Of a stretch of DNA of 64,000 nt, positions 13,210-26,189 are shown one piece after another (positions within the stretch are counted from its first letter, which is position 1; each line of letters starts with the position of its first letter). The notes beneath the pieces were generated by a model, which was not told where the DNA came from, made no database searches, and saw only the letters and a list, made by a program, of their open reading frames with translations. The position numbers and the translations under genes are program-made. The stretch comes from Amphiscolops sp. MND2022 (Eukaryota). The stretch spans positions 20,958,001 to 21,022,000 of the forward strand of contig OZ076409.1 in NCBI GenBank assembly GCA_964187785.1. The letters are read 5' to 3'.

Positions 13210-13841
13210 TAAAGGCAACTTCTCGGTCATAAATTCATGCAATTTATCAATGAGTCGATCCTTACTCAGACATCATTTTAGCGACGTGGGCATTATCAAT
13301 GATCTTGAACACTATTCTTGAACACTAGTTATCGAAACCGTAAAGAATTGTTAGGCGTTGTGATTGACAGATGTGTTTCATATGTGTCCCTTGGACATCC
13401 CCGCAGATAAAAATGTTTTTTGATGTTAACTATCTACACTTGAAGTGGATGCGCGTTATGGGAAATCAGCAGCTAGATCAATCATAAAAGATTAGTTCAT
13501 CTTTGAGTACTCTAAGTCAATTATATACATTTTCTATTTTGTTCTCAATCCTGGATCAATCATATGTTTGACAGGGGGAAAGTGTACTTCAGCCTCCAAC
13601 GAGCGTTCAACTGATGTTTTTTCGACGAGTTTTTCGCCATTTTTATATTCAACGTTACTTTTTGGCGAGTTGATTTTTACTGTTTTTCTAAATTTCTCAC
13701 AATGACCTAATTGCAAACCATCAATGGTCAATTTTACGACACCCTTTAATGATCGCCGATGCACCGAAGATGAACCCATTAAAGTAATTAAATTTGTGGC
13801 GATTCATTTAACTCTTGGAAAAAACGGATTTCAGATTTATG

Positions 13842-14132
13842 TTTTTTCAGTCGGCGCTTTTATCAATAAAAGAGCCCGACTATTACAGTCACTCGTTTTT
13901 TTCGTTTTGTTTAAGACAGACTCGAAGCGACGAACGTTAACGTTCAGCTAAAGGAAACTAAACGAAACGCATCTAAGTTATTCCAAACCCCCACCCCTTA
14001 TTCCAGTCCCCCTTTCGGTTTTTTTCGGCACTGTGCGATTTGTTCTCTAAATTTTTTTGTCTCCAAAGGGTCTGCGCTTCGATTTTATTTGAGCCTTAGA
14101 TATAGCGCCGACTTGAGACGTTCCCGTCTTTT
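13842..14132 (+). mobile_element. Short HINE-like copy
   Basis: AGTCGGCGC...CCGACT at the 5' end; GCGCCGACT plus AGACG-ttcc-CGTCT stem-loop at the 3' end. Confidence 0.7.
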
Positions 14133-14618
14133 TTATATTTGCAACTCAAACTCAAAAATGCGATCCTTTAGTTTCTATTGTTCTATGGGCAATCCCTTTT
14201 TGATTATAATTGTTTCCTTTTGTTACCAAAATTTTGCGATCGATCTTTTTTGCCAACTTTTGAACTTAACTTTCAATTGGGGAAATGAGAAATGTACAAA
14301 AGAGTGCATTACGATACACGTACCGATAAGCTGCATTTCAGTCAAGCAGGGTAATCTGTGTAATCCATAAAATGGTCATTCAGCGTAAGTTAGTCAAGAC
14401 GGTCTATGCTTCAACGGTGTAGCTGTGTCAACGCGCGTAATGGAAAATAGTGTAAGCTAGTCAAAACACGTAGTTAGTGAAAAGTGGAAGTTAGTCCAAA
14501 AATACTCTTTTTCGTAAATCAGTCAAAACTTTGACTAACTTCCGCTTTTTGCAAATTGGACTTATATTGAAACACGAATCTGTGGATCATTTATAAAGCA
14601 AAGAACATTTTGTTCTAG

Positions 14619-15046
14619 AATGTTCGGCAGACGAATTCCGCTGTCAGCATGGCGGGAAATGCATCGGCGTTTCTCACTTGTGTGACGGGATCATGGACTG
14701 CTACAGAGGAGAAGACGAGCACTCAGAAAACTGTGGGGGGTCATTTGGGGGAGCCAAGCTGTCAGATGCAATCAACTGCTTGCAAATACAGGACCAGGGA
14801 GGTGGTGACACTGTAAGGTCCATCGACAGTCGGTCAGTGGAAGTACGAGGTCAAACTGAGGTCAAGGTTCAGAACGAGGGAGACAAGCAATCAGGAAGCG
14901 TGTATCCCCAAAATAGCAGAGATAGCGAAGAACTGCTAAAGTTGTGTCAATCATCAGATTTTGTTATTGGTTCGAATAATGTTATTTCTTTTACCACAAA
15001 TATAGCTATCATTATTTTCCTACCTTTGAAAAATCTGATTTTTTGA
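14619..15046 (+). CDS. Terminal exon: LDLa repeat, spacer and hydrophobic C-terminus (GPI-anchor-signal-like)
   Basis: ttctag acceptor, in frame with the 11533-11691 exon: ECSADEFRCQHGGKCIGVSHLCDGIMDCYRGEDEHSENC...VIGSNNVISFTTNIAIIIFLPLKNLIF*. AATAAA at 15047-15052. Confidence 0.8.
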
Positions 15047-15302
15047 AATAAATTTTAGTATGTTAGGTTTTTCTTGGAATTCGTTAGAATCCAAACGAGG
15101 TAAGTGCAAAGGCACCACACTTCTGCCAGACTTGAGATTGTCAAAATGTTCCTCAAATTACTTTGAAAACATGAAGTTTTTTTGCGGAGCCTAATACACT
15201 CATTGTTGATGTCCAAGCAAAAATGATTGATGATTTGATCATTCTAAGATTCGGGCTCACTAGTTATTGGTCTATCAAAATTGCAAAACGAGGTGTAACG
15301 TC

Positions 15303-15463
15303 GGACCATGTCATCTACCCCAACACCCCCCCCCCCCCCAACAGATACAACTTGTTGGGAATTCCCCACCCCCCAACACGAAAGCACATTATGTTCTTGA
15401 ATAAAAATTTTTCATTAACAAGAGATTATATGAATGTATATACTCTCTCTCTCTAATGTATAT

Positions 15464-15543
<80 letters not shown>

Positions 15544-15898
15544 AGCAGAGGATTGCCTCTGCCTCTACAATTGTTTGGACACTTCAGGTAAAAAAAAAAT
15601 TAAAAAAAATACGAATTTTTTTTGATATTATTGTCCAAAATAGCAGAAATTCACATTTGGAACAAGCTAAAATAGTATAAAAAGACCACTATTTCAGCGC
15701 AAATTTTCTCCGCGGTAAAATCTAATGAGCAACTTTTAACTGACAATCAATGTAATGGATAAGATTATGTTGGCATCAATTATTTTATTGGACCAAAATT
15801 CCAACGCAAACAATGTCGAGATAATGGTATTTGAATCTTTTGTCGGTCCCCCCCCCCCTCCGCCGCCGTTTGGGGGGGGGGGGTAGATGACATGGTCC
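15303..15898. mobile_element. Merlin-like MITE
   Basis: TIRs GGACCATGTCATCTACCCC / GGGGTAGATGACATGGTCC. Perfect 8-bp TSD GTAACGTC (15295-15302, 15899-15906). GG termini with an 8-bp TSD fit the Merlin superfamily. Confidence 0.8.
15466..15541. repeat. (CT)n microsatellite inside the MITE
   Basis: Pure CT run. Confidence 0.95.
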
Positions 15899-16706
15899 GT
15901 AACGTCTAACAACCGATTGCGCTCAGTGATTTCAAGTATAACAGCTAGTAGTTCCGGTCATCGTGCCTGCAACTTATTGTGGCGATCAAATTTGGCAGAC
16001 ATGCCCATGCCAGGTGAAAAGTTTCAATTGAACCTATAAATTGAACTTGTTGCAGAAAGACTGCAATTCATGACACCAAGTTGTGAGCGTACTTTAGCTT
16101 GAATGATTAACTGTGAAAAACAACCGCCCTAGTTGAGACTGCTGGAACATTTTACATGCTGGAAGACTGCATGCATGGTAATTTTTTGAAATAAAACTTT
16201 TTTTGAAATGTTCTAGACATACATAGCATTTTTCACCACTGCAATAAAATTTGAAAATAAATCCCACTTCGTTACCGACACGATCACTTTGTGTCACTTT
16301 TTGTTTTCTCAACTACTCATCTGATGTGATCACTCAACAAGTCCGAAAAACCCAAAGGATGGACGCTTGTGTTACATAGAGTTTTCTGCTTCTAGTAAAA
16401 TAGCCCATTTGGTCTCTTTGGGTACCATTAAAAACTGAAGCAAACACTAACACGAACAAAGTTGAAAACAAAACCGTAAGAGTGGGAAGTGCTTTTTTCT
16501 ACAAAATGCGCCGAATAAAACAGCGCCTCCACAGACATATAAACACTAACTAGTACACCCTTCATACATACTAGGTTTGAAATTAGCAGTTCGAAAACGA
16601 GTGTTGTTGGCTCGGCTTCTCTTCCAGGCCACATCTGATTTTTTTAAAAGTCAATTTGGATGGAGAACAATTTTCTTTGTTATGTACATTTCATCGAAAA
16701 ACGTTA

Positions 16707-17453
16707 TTAGTCGGCGCTTCATGAAGTGAAACGCGACTATTATAATGACACTTTTTTTTCTATCCACACGAACTGACCAAAATAGTTCTTAAAAGTTCTA
16801 CAAAATATTATTGCACCAAATTGCACTATTTTGGCCTAGCGAACTGAACCAAAAAGGTTTTTCCTGTTTTTCCGCGTAACATACCATACCGTGCGAGACC
16901 AAAGGGTCCCCCCTTTCATTTTTTTTCGGCACTGCGAGACGTTTTTTTCGAAAAAAATATATTTTCCCCAAAGTGTCCCCCCTTCATTTTTTTGCTGTTT
17001 TGGGTCAGAATGGATGTTGGAAAATCCCAAAGGGTCCCCCTTACAATGTTTTTGGCACTGTGAGATTTTTTTCCGAAAATAAAAATTTTTGCCCCTTCAA
17101 TTTTTTTGATGTTTTGCGACAGAATGGATGTTGAAAAACCCAAAGGGTCCCCCCTTTCAGTTTTTCGGCATTGTGAGACTTTTTTTCCTGAAATTTGTTT
17201 TTTCTCCGAAGGGTCCCCCCTTCAACTGCGACAAAAATGTTGACAATTTCGGAAGTGTCCCCCTTTTAGCGCGCCAGGGGCTTGCGCTAGCGGGCCCCGG
17301 TGCACCACTCGGTCCATTTTTTTGAGCCTGTAATTTTTTCAAAAAATTTTCGATTTTCGAGTACTGTAAAAGAGAATATTTGACACTTGGAAGTCTTTTT
17401 GCTATTTTTGAGCCTTGGATATGGCGCCGACTTGGGCCGGTCCCGGTTTGTTT
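16707..17453 (+). mobile_element. HINE-like element with central tandem repeats
   Basis: TTAGTCGGCGC start; internal repeats containing AAAGGGTCCCCC...TTTTCGGCACTG; GGCGCCGACTTGGGCCGGTCCCGG end. Confidence 0.75.
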
Positions 17454-18017
17454 TAATAATTCAAAGGGAAAATATAGAACTTTGAAAACGGTTAGATTTT
17501 AATCATCGTTTTTCAGTGATTATAATTTGGACATAAAGTCTATGAGATGAAGCGCATTTCTATTGTAAAGGACGTAATTTAAATTATCATGAAGCTCACT
17601 TTAAAAAAAAACAAAACATCGAAACTAGTTCGAATTGAATCATCGCTTTCTATTTCGGATATAATTCGGATATAACGTCAAAACACTGCGTATTTTGAAT
17701 GCTTTGTAAGATACATCAGAGAAGGTATTATGACGATTCAGTTTTAAAGAATACAAAACTTCGAAACTTGTTGATTTTTAAGTCTTGACTTCTTCTTTGC
17801 AAGTGTTTCAACTGGCTTGATTCGAAACCCACCTGTAAATGTGGTAGAAAATAGGGAAATAGAAAATAAAGTATATAGTAGAAAAAAAACTAAAAAGTGG
17901 TCAATTTCAACTTCTCAATTGGATGAAAGCGTCGGTAAAACCTAGTGGACCGAGCGATTAATTTTCCTGTGCCATATAAGAAGTGAGGGCCTATACCCCA
18001 GTCGAACTCCCATACAT

Positions 18018-18240
18018 TTCTTGCAAGAATCTTGCAGAAGTGGTATATATCAGACACTATCTGCAAGAATCTTGCGAGAATCTTAGATTTCAGACAAACC
18101 TGTCAGATTCTGGCAGATCAGACATTTCTGGCAGATTCAGACGTTTCTTGCAAGATTCTTGCAGGTCAAGACATTTCGTGCAAAATTCTTGGACGGATCT
18201 TGCAAAATAATGTCTGAAAATTGAAAGATATTCTGCAAGA
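18018..18240. repeat. Degenerate tandem array of CTTGCAAGA/CAGATTCTG units (dispersed family)
   Basis: Repeated ttcttgcaagaatcttgc motifs. Similar CAAGATCTTG(G/C) motifs at ~235-280, ~11480-11500 and ~43925-43990. Confidence 0.55.
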
Positions 18241-18271
18241 AAATGTCTGGAATGTACGGAAAACGTCGAGA

Positions 18272-18520
18272 TTGTTTTTTTTCATTTTTACCCCAAGAAT
18301 ATGTTCGAAATGAATGTAGATGTCTCGTATATAAAGTCGCACGGACTTAAATGTGACCGAAAATGTTGAAATATGATTTGTTCATTTTAGAACAACTAGT
18401 TCTAAAATAAACAAATCATATTTCAACAACTTCAGTCACATTTAAGTCCGTGCGACTCTATATACGAGACATCTACATTCATTTCGAACATATTCTTGGG
18501 TTAAAATTGAAAAAAAACAA
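18272..18520. repeat. ~250-bp foldback palindrome
   Basis: Arms of ~120 bp (CCCAAGAATATGTTCGAAATGAATGTAGATGTCTCGTATATA... and its reverse complement) with few mismatches around a ~5-nt centre (AGAAC-aacta-GTTCT). Confidence 0.9.
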
Positions 18521-20078
18521 AACCGGTAGTACCGGTTTTGGGAGCTGTACGTTTCCCACGATGGTGACCTAGGACAGCCGCTTGGGCCGTGTCCTAACTA
18601 CCACTATAGTAATTTATTAGGAAGTTGAGTATCTAAAACCATAATGACCAAGCTCTCTACCTATTTCAGCGTGAGAAAACTAACCTAATATTGAAACTGA
18701 AATTGTTATTTTAGTCATTTTTCTTCTTTCACACTACAGTTGGACATCACTCTAACGAACTATCGCTACGACGTTTTTCCCGTAATACAGCAATTTGGTT
18801 TTCAGCCAATCACAATCGAGTGCACACACAATGATTCACTATACCGAGAATCAATCCATGATCATGGCAAGATAGCCATGGATGTTAATGTATGAAAAGT
18901 CAAGATGCCATGGATGATCATGAATGAGCAGCTATGAGGCCATGGATGATTTTGAATTAAGCACCATGACCAAACATGTATTCCATGTTTTAGATATTAA
19001 ATTGGGGCCCGACTATCCATTTAAATCTTTTTATCTTCTTGACTGTTCACCTGAAACAAAGATGTCCTAATACTGGATTTGCATTGTGAGGCTTTCTGCT
19101 AGTGTGGCATCAATGAGCCACACGTGACAGGACCCACGACAGAAACGCGACCTTTATTGGGCCCCACAAAGTAAAACCACAAGAAATTGAAAAAATGCCA
19201 AAACCTGTAAGAATAACAAACTGGAGTAGCAAATGAAAAGAGAAAAATTGGGATAGCAAAATCATAGCATATCTGAAATAAACCAAATAATGATAATTTT
19301 TCCAATAATTAGGAATCTGGGTTCTAGGAAAAACATCTATTTTTCCAATGTAATCTCATGAAAAAGCCATGATCACAGGTGAAAAGCCGAGAAGGAGCCA
19401 CGATTGTGAATCGCGGGGTAAGCTTCCCAAGAGTTACCGATGAGATTTTCCCAAAAAGCAGCGGTAAACAGATGTCCGACTTTAATAGGTGATTTTGATA
19501 TAAGTTTACGCAATTGTTTTTGACGATATCTATCAATTGACTACACCTGTCTACTACTCATAATTCGAAATAATATGACCAGGGTTGGTATATACAGTAG
19601 CATTCTGAAACATCGCAACTCCATTGCAGAAAATGGCGAAATTCATAATGAACTATCTCGTATACTGTCACAAACACGAACAATTGTCAGCTACAAAAAG
19701 TTCTTGAAAACATTTCTAGTATACAAAAGTGTTTTGTTTGAAATTAATGTTTCAATATTAATGGATATTGTCGGTAATCGCTGTAAATATTGTTTACAGT
19801 GGTGTGAAGTAAGAAGGCGACCTAGAAATTTGATGCGCTTTGCAAAAGCTTGATTAGCTAATAGGGTCTCAGACAAAATACATAACTTGAGAAAGTTCAG
19901 TCCAAGGGCTTTCAGCTGATTGATTGACGTACCTAAAACGATGCCTCAAAACCGCAAAAATTGTTTTTTCAAATGATAAAACTAAACTTTCAAAATCTTT
20001 CTGTTTGTAAAATTTCCATAATAAATCAACGGTTTCCCGAATTATCATTCGATAGAATGACTGAGGATTTATAACAAT

Positions 20079-20846
20079 AAAAGTCCGGGTCGGCCGAAAA
20101 AAGTCAACAGAAGAACGGAAAGAATTGTGATTCAGGCTTTGAAAAAGACGCTTTTCCCAACAAAAAATCCTAACAAAACGACTTCTGTACTAGTTATGTC
20201 AAGACGATATTGATCAAATATAGGCCTTCGAGCGCAAAGATATGAAAAGAAACCCTGCATTTCTGGGCCAAATTGACATCAAAAAATGACAAAAAATGTT
20301 GATCGAAAAGAACGCCAATTCCTGGAAAACAGTAGTTTGTTCTGACGAGACTATGCTTGAACTGAACTGTAAAGGGAAGGATCTTGTGAGACGACCCAGA
20401 AAAACTTGAACAGGAGAAACGATATTTTTCTCGAAAACAATTGATGGTTCGGGGATGTGTTCGATCGAATGGCGGTAGATTGCCGATGCCTATAAAAAGC
20501 AAGGTGGATTCAGATGAATACACCAAGATTTTCAAAAATCTTGTTATAGACTTCCTTTACATGCATGAACCCTTCCAACAAGACAACGCCTCAGCCCCCA
20601 CAATGATAAAAAGCAGAAAATGGGAAAGTGTGTTCACTTTACAGAAAAATGGCCTGCACAGTCCCCTGATCTCAACATTATCGACAATTTGTGGAGTGCT
20701 CTGAAGAAAAACGTCTGTGAAAGACATCCGGATACCCTGGAAGAACCCGAAGAGTTCTGATTGAGTGCCTAGTGAAACTTTACGACTCAATTCCTCGATT
20801 ATTACAGCTACTTGTTGCAAAAAGAGGCTATCCGACGAAATATTAG
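20079..20846 (+). pseudogene. Tc1-like DDE transposase remnant
   Basis: Fragments in shifting frames: KSPGRPKKV, SDET, FQQDNA, WPAQSPDLNIIDNLW, GYPTKY*. Confidence 0.85.
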
Positions 20847-20949
20847 ACTTTTTTCTACCTAATGGTATGTTTTTTTCCAAATTCTCCCAAATCTCTACAA
20901 TCTTCATCCACTTGACTGTTTTAGTTGCTTGACTATTTTAGTTACTTTT

Positions 20950-21207
20950 TGTCACGAATGACTCAATGGACTTTATGAATGAGTTTATCAATGGACTTCT
21001 CATTTCAATCAAATTCAAGATGACCTTCTCATTCACGACTTATTCACTTTTTTGGTTCTACTTTGCCTTGACTGGTCAGACATTCCTTGCTCTCAATGAA
21101 TTATGGACATTAGTATATAGACTGAATGTAACAAACTATGATGAATGAACGTTGACATTACTGAATAAACGCAAGAGATTTGTAACTAAACCCACTTTTT
21201 TTTAACA
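20950..21207 (+). repeat. BEL/Pao 5' LTR
   Basis: TGTCACGAATG...TAACA; about 13 substitutions versus the 3' LTR by manual count. Confidence 0.95.
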
Positions 21208-21221
21208 TGGCGCCCAACGTG
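21208..21221 (+). promoter_or_regulatory. Primer-binding site, tRNA-Lys(CUU) type
   Basis: TGGCGCCCAACGTG directly after the LTR matches the known Lys1,2 PBS. Confidence 0.9.
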
Positions 21222-21493
21222 TTCTTGGCCCGAACCTACGAAACAACCCCGCAAATCCATTTTGCTCTGCAAAGAAACTTTTAGGGGATAAAATTGAGAA
21301 ACATTTTTCAAATTTGTGTTTTGGTATTTTCTGAGGGTGTCTAGTGAGCAAACTTCACCACAGTCTAAATATCCATCACATTTGTCTAAATTTCTTTTCC
21401 AACACGTCCTTCCGCCTATTATTCTCCGTTCATCCGCTCTTTACTCAAAAAGAACCCAATTCAAATCGACAATTTATTTGAAAATACAAAACG

Positions 21494-24400
21494 ATGCCAA
21501 AAAATAGTTCTAAACCCAAACCAACACTCGCTCTTCGCAATTTCCAGTTTGTTCAGATTCGCCACATCCACCGTCAAATCAAAACGGCAGTTGATAACCA
21601 GGACACTTTCTTTTGCATCCAAAAAGACGAAAGTGATATTGAACGTCTTCTTTTAGACGCCCTCGATTCCACTACATACTTGATTGACAATGAGCCTTAG
21701 GACACCACAGCAGAACAAATAATGAATGGTCTCATCGATCTCCAGGATGAATCCTACGCTGTGATGAGACTCTTAAAACAACCTCAGCTTCAGAATACCA
21801 CGATAACTGGGAGCAATTCTCCATCAACCAGCACTGCAGTAGCTCCCAACCCACAGTTGTCACCGCATGTAACAACTGGTTCATCCGACAACAGTCCGCA
21901 CCCGTCTCTGCGCAAGGATGTCCAAACGTGAAATGCGAGTTGTCCGAAGTTGAAAATTACTCCATTTGACGGTAACCTAATGAACTGGAATCTCTGGGTC
22001 GGTTTATTCAAAACCATGATTGATAGTAATCCACTCCACGATGCTGAGATGACACACTTACAAACGTTGACAGTCGGTCGTGCCAACGAAGCAATTCGCG
22101 GCTTCTCATGTAACAGTTCAATGTACCAGGCTGCTTTAGATGAACTTGAACACCGTTTTGAACAGCCTGACATATATTTCAACAGTTTCTTCGACAAATT
22201 ACGTACTGTCAAAACTCCAAGTTTCCAAAATCCACTAACATTTGTGGAATTCTCCTCGTTTGTCAACAACTTAGGAGAATGTTTCCGTCATTTGAGTTTT
22301 GTGAACGATCCGAATTCGACAATTTACACTCAAATCGCAGCTGATAGGTTGTCGCTGAAAGACCGCCTTCGTTGGAACGAATACATTGTACAAAGTCAGA
22401 TAACAAGTGTAACTCTGTTCGATTTCAACCGATGGTTACGACAGTTTGCACTAGCTTGCGATCGGATGCCAAATGTGACACAATCCTACCGCCCCAGCAA
22501 CAATATCGACGCCCGTCCTCGTCATAGTGCTCCGTCTAAGCGACCTGACCAACCTAAATGTCCACTCGATAACCGAAACCACTACCTTGGACATTGTGAA
22601 ACCTTCAAAAAGATTTCCGCTGGAAGTAGAAAAAAGCAATGCTTGGACCTGAAACGTTGTTTTAACAGCTTGCTCATACAGTAAAGGAATGTAAAAGTCA
22701 ATCTCGATGTATATCCTGCAGTGGTACGCATCATACATTGCTCCATGAGCCTTCATCATCCAATGAGAAACAACATCCTAGTCAGTCGCTAACTACCACT
22801 GATAGCCACAACGCACCCAAAGGAAGTAAGGCTTCACAACTACTTCAAGTGCTACCCGTATCTGTAAGTTCGAACGATTTTACGCTCAACACGTACGCTC
22901 TGCACGACATGGGTAGCACCTGCAGATTTCTTCTTCAGGACTCACCCGACAAATTTAATCTTACTTCTCGACTAGCGCAACCAGCCGAGCATATATTTGT
23001 CAAAGGCATTCATAAAACCGTGGAACTTGAGGTACACCCAGTTAGCGTTCAAGTCAAAGGTTTCGCAATGGAGTCCCCCGCCACTGACATCAACAACTTA
23101 CTTTTTGTAAAAACTCTGAAGTTCGATCACGCATCGCCCGCAGTTTTGTACAATTTGTGTGAGAAGTATAGCTATTTGAACGATTTCATATTTCCATCGT
23201 TTTCCGACAATCAAATCACTATGCTGATAGGAACTGACAACTTCGATTTGATAGTGCCAACTAAAGTTCTCACTGGTCCTCCAATTACACTTAAAGCACT
23301 TGAATGTAAACTTGGCTGGAGCATTTATGTACCAAACAATATCAACACGATTTGCACTTCATCAACGACACTTCACATCTCAGTCCAGTCCGAAGATGAT
23401 AAACTGTCGGAATTAGTGTCCAGTTGGTGGCGACTAGAGTCACAAGCCACTTCTCGGGAATTAGCTCCATCCAAAGATGACCACCGCGCCCTAACAATAT
23501 TGGAAAAAACGACCAAACACGTCGATGGTCGTTATGAAGTTGGCCTTCTATGGAAGGAAAACGTTGCATTGCCAAATAATTATGCCGCTGCTGTCAGTCA
23601 CTTCATCAAAACTAAAGAGAGACTTGACAAAGACGAAAAACTATTTGAACTTTACTCAAAAATATTTTCCCACGATTTTGAACGAGGTTTCATCCGCAAA
23701 ATTGATCACATTGATATACCTCAAACGGGTTGGCTGCTATCAGAACATCCAGCAACTAATCCCAAAAAACCGGGTGAGGTCCGCAGAGTTTCGAATGCTG
23801 CCGCGAAATACCAAGGTGTTTGTCTAGATGACATGCTTTTAACAGGCCCTTATATCCTTGCAAAATTAGTATTCGTGATATTCAGGTTCCAGGAGAAACC
23901 AGTACCAATCTCTGCTGATATCGAAGCTATGTATATGCAGATTTCAGTTCACCCAGAAAATAGAAAACTCTTACGATTTCTCTGGAGGAAAGACGAAGCT
24001 CAAAGGTACGAATATATTCGACATATTTTCGGGCAAAATGTTCACCAACTTGCGCTAACTACGCGCTTCAAAAATGTGCTTCAGATCAAATGGAAATTTA
24101 TCCAGCTGTTCACTGAACAGTTCTTGAAAACTTTTACATGGATGATTTGTTTCTTTCAGTTGACACAATAGACGAAGCAAAGTCTGTTATCAAGGATCTC
24201 AGAAGTGCTCTGCGACATGGAGGTTTCAATTTAACAAAAGGGTTCAGCACTAACACATATGTTCTCAACTGTTTGCCGAGCGATGGACTTAGAGAGCCTC
24301 CAGACAAACAAATTTCACATAACCGTGTACTTGGTGTGCCTTGGAATTTAAACGAAGACACGTTGAGCTGAAAACTGACTCCGATGAACCTCATCAGATG

Positions 24401-26189
24401 TGACATGACAAACACAGCTATTGCAGGCAATTTCTTCGATTTTCGATCCTCTCGGTATTGCAATCCCTGTAACTATCCGACTTCGGATGATATTGCAAAC
24501 TGTTTGGCAATCGGGAAAGACATCGGACGAGCCCTTGTCGGCTGAAGCGTTTCCCAGTTTGAAACAAATTGCCTCTGAATTGGTCTGCTTGCAACCGCTA
24601 GCAATACCGCGACATTATTTCCTTAGCGACAAACAGTCAGTAGACCTTCAAGTGTTCTGTGACGCCTCCTACGCCGCTATATGTGCTGTTGCCTACTTTG
24701 TTCTCAATCAAGGTGAGATTCGTTTTCGGAAAAGCTCGAGTCGCTCCCATTAAACAGCAAACTACTACGAAACTTGAATTGCATTCGGCACTTCGAGGAT
24801 CACGTGTCTCAAAATTTATCTGTCGTGAGCATCGCATAACTTTGTCTCGTACTTTGTTTTGGGCCGGTAGTACTGTTTTGCAATGGATATACGGTTCCGT
24901 AATCGACAGCAAATTTTCGTTGCCAACCGAAGGGCCGAAATTCTTGAAACATCTCAGTCCTGCCAATGGCGACACGTGCCTGGAATTTTAAATTCAGCTG
25001 ACGATGGTACCCGTGGGCTCAAAGTTTCTGATTTTACGGTCTCCTCCCGTTGGTTTACTAGACCTAACTTTAGTGCAAAGAAAGAAATCACTGGCCGGTA
25101 AATAACATTCCAACTGCAGGGAAACTCAGGTATTGTTTTTTGCCAATGCAGACTCTAGACATTTTCCAGAACCATTTTTTATAGCAACCGTTTCTCTAAA
25201 TGAAATCGCTTCCTCAGATGTTGTGCCTTTGTTCAGAATGCCATAACTAAACTCCGAAAAACTTTGTCTACGGCTGCTACTGCTCTCACCGCCACTGATA
25301 TGCAGAACTCCCGCATCATTTTATTTAAGATATCTCAAGAACAGACTTTCCACAAAGACATCCAGTCGTGGAATCCATTTTCCCTTTGTTCGTCGGGTAA
25401 CCGCTTGGTAAAACTCTCTCCTTTTCTTGATGAAAACGGATTACTTAGATCACGCAGTCGCCTCGCGAACTCCCAATTTGACTACGCGGTCAAAAATCCT
25501 ATTATTTTGGACGCGAAGTATCCACTTGTCAGACTCTTGCTTTTTCAAACGCATTGCGACAACCACCACTCAGGCGTTGAACATACTAGAAAAACCCCTC
25601 AACTGCATTACTGGGTTTTTTCTTGTCGCGCTGTTCTCAGGCAGGTAATAAATGCTTGTCATGCTTGTCGACGTCAGAAAGCCGCCGGTCTTCAACCTCA
25701 AATGGCAGATCTTCCCATGTGCAGGTTTCCTACCGATACACCTTTTCTGTTCCTTCATTGTGGTCTGGATAGTTTTGGTCCCTATCCAGTTTTCAAAAAA
25801 TCCATGGATCCAGTGCATCAGAAGCGCTCTGGACTCTTGATCACTTGCTTGATAACCAGAGCGGTCCACGAGGAATTAACATACAGCCTGCCTGCGGACT
25901 CCTTCATAAATAGTTTCCGACGTTTCGTCTCTCGTCGAGGATGCCCTGGTAGCATAAAGTCTGACAGGGCCACCAATTGTGTGGGTGCTAACAAAAGTTT
26001 GAATGAAGCCATCAAAGTCCTGATCTCCACCGATATTGCCAATTTTTTTTTGCAGTCAAGGAAATTCATTGGGAACTCAATCCCGCCTCAGCACCATAAT
26101 TTGGCGGTGTTTAAGAGCGCCTGATTCGATCATTCAAAGACTCTATGTCGTCAGTCCTTGGCTCAAAAACGCTGACAGATGAAATTCTT
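21494..26189 (+). pseudogene. BEL/Pao gag-pol, copy 1 (truncated within integrase)
   Basis: Gag (PFDGNLMNW), Cys/His knuckles, PR (YALHDMGS), RT (ADIEAMY, YMDD), RH (FCDAS), IN (HHSG...CHAC, GLDSFGP, SDRATN). Many stops and frameshifts. Confidence 0.9.

Noticed and set aside
12155..13800. Possible decayed coding sequence in the LDLa intron
   Set aside because: No motif I could recognise in any frame; the ORFs at 13009-13321 partly result from the palindrome.
15434..15680. SLSLSL ORFs
   Set aside because: Translation of a (CT)n microsatellite.
16880..17270. Recurring GGGTCCCCC repeats resembling a CRISPR array
   Set aside because: The intervening sequences are also similar to each other, the array lies inside a dispersed TE, there are no cas genes and the context is eukaryotic.
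20966..21148. 60-aa ORF repeated at 32351-32578
   Set aside because: Lies in the AT-rich BEL/Pao LTRs; the similarity reflects LTR identity.
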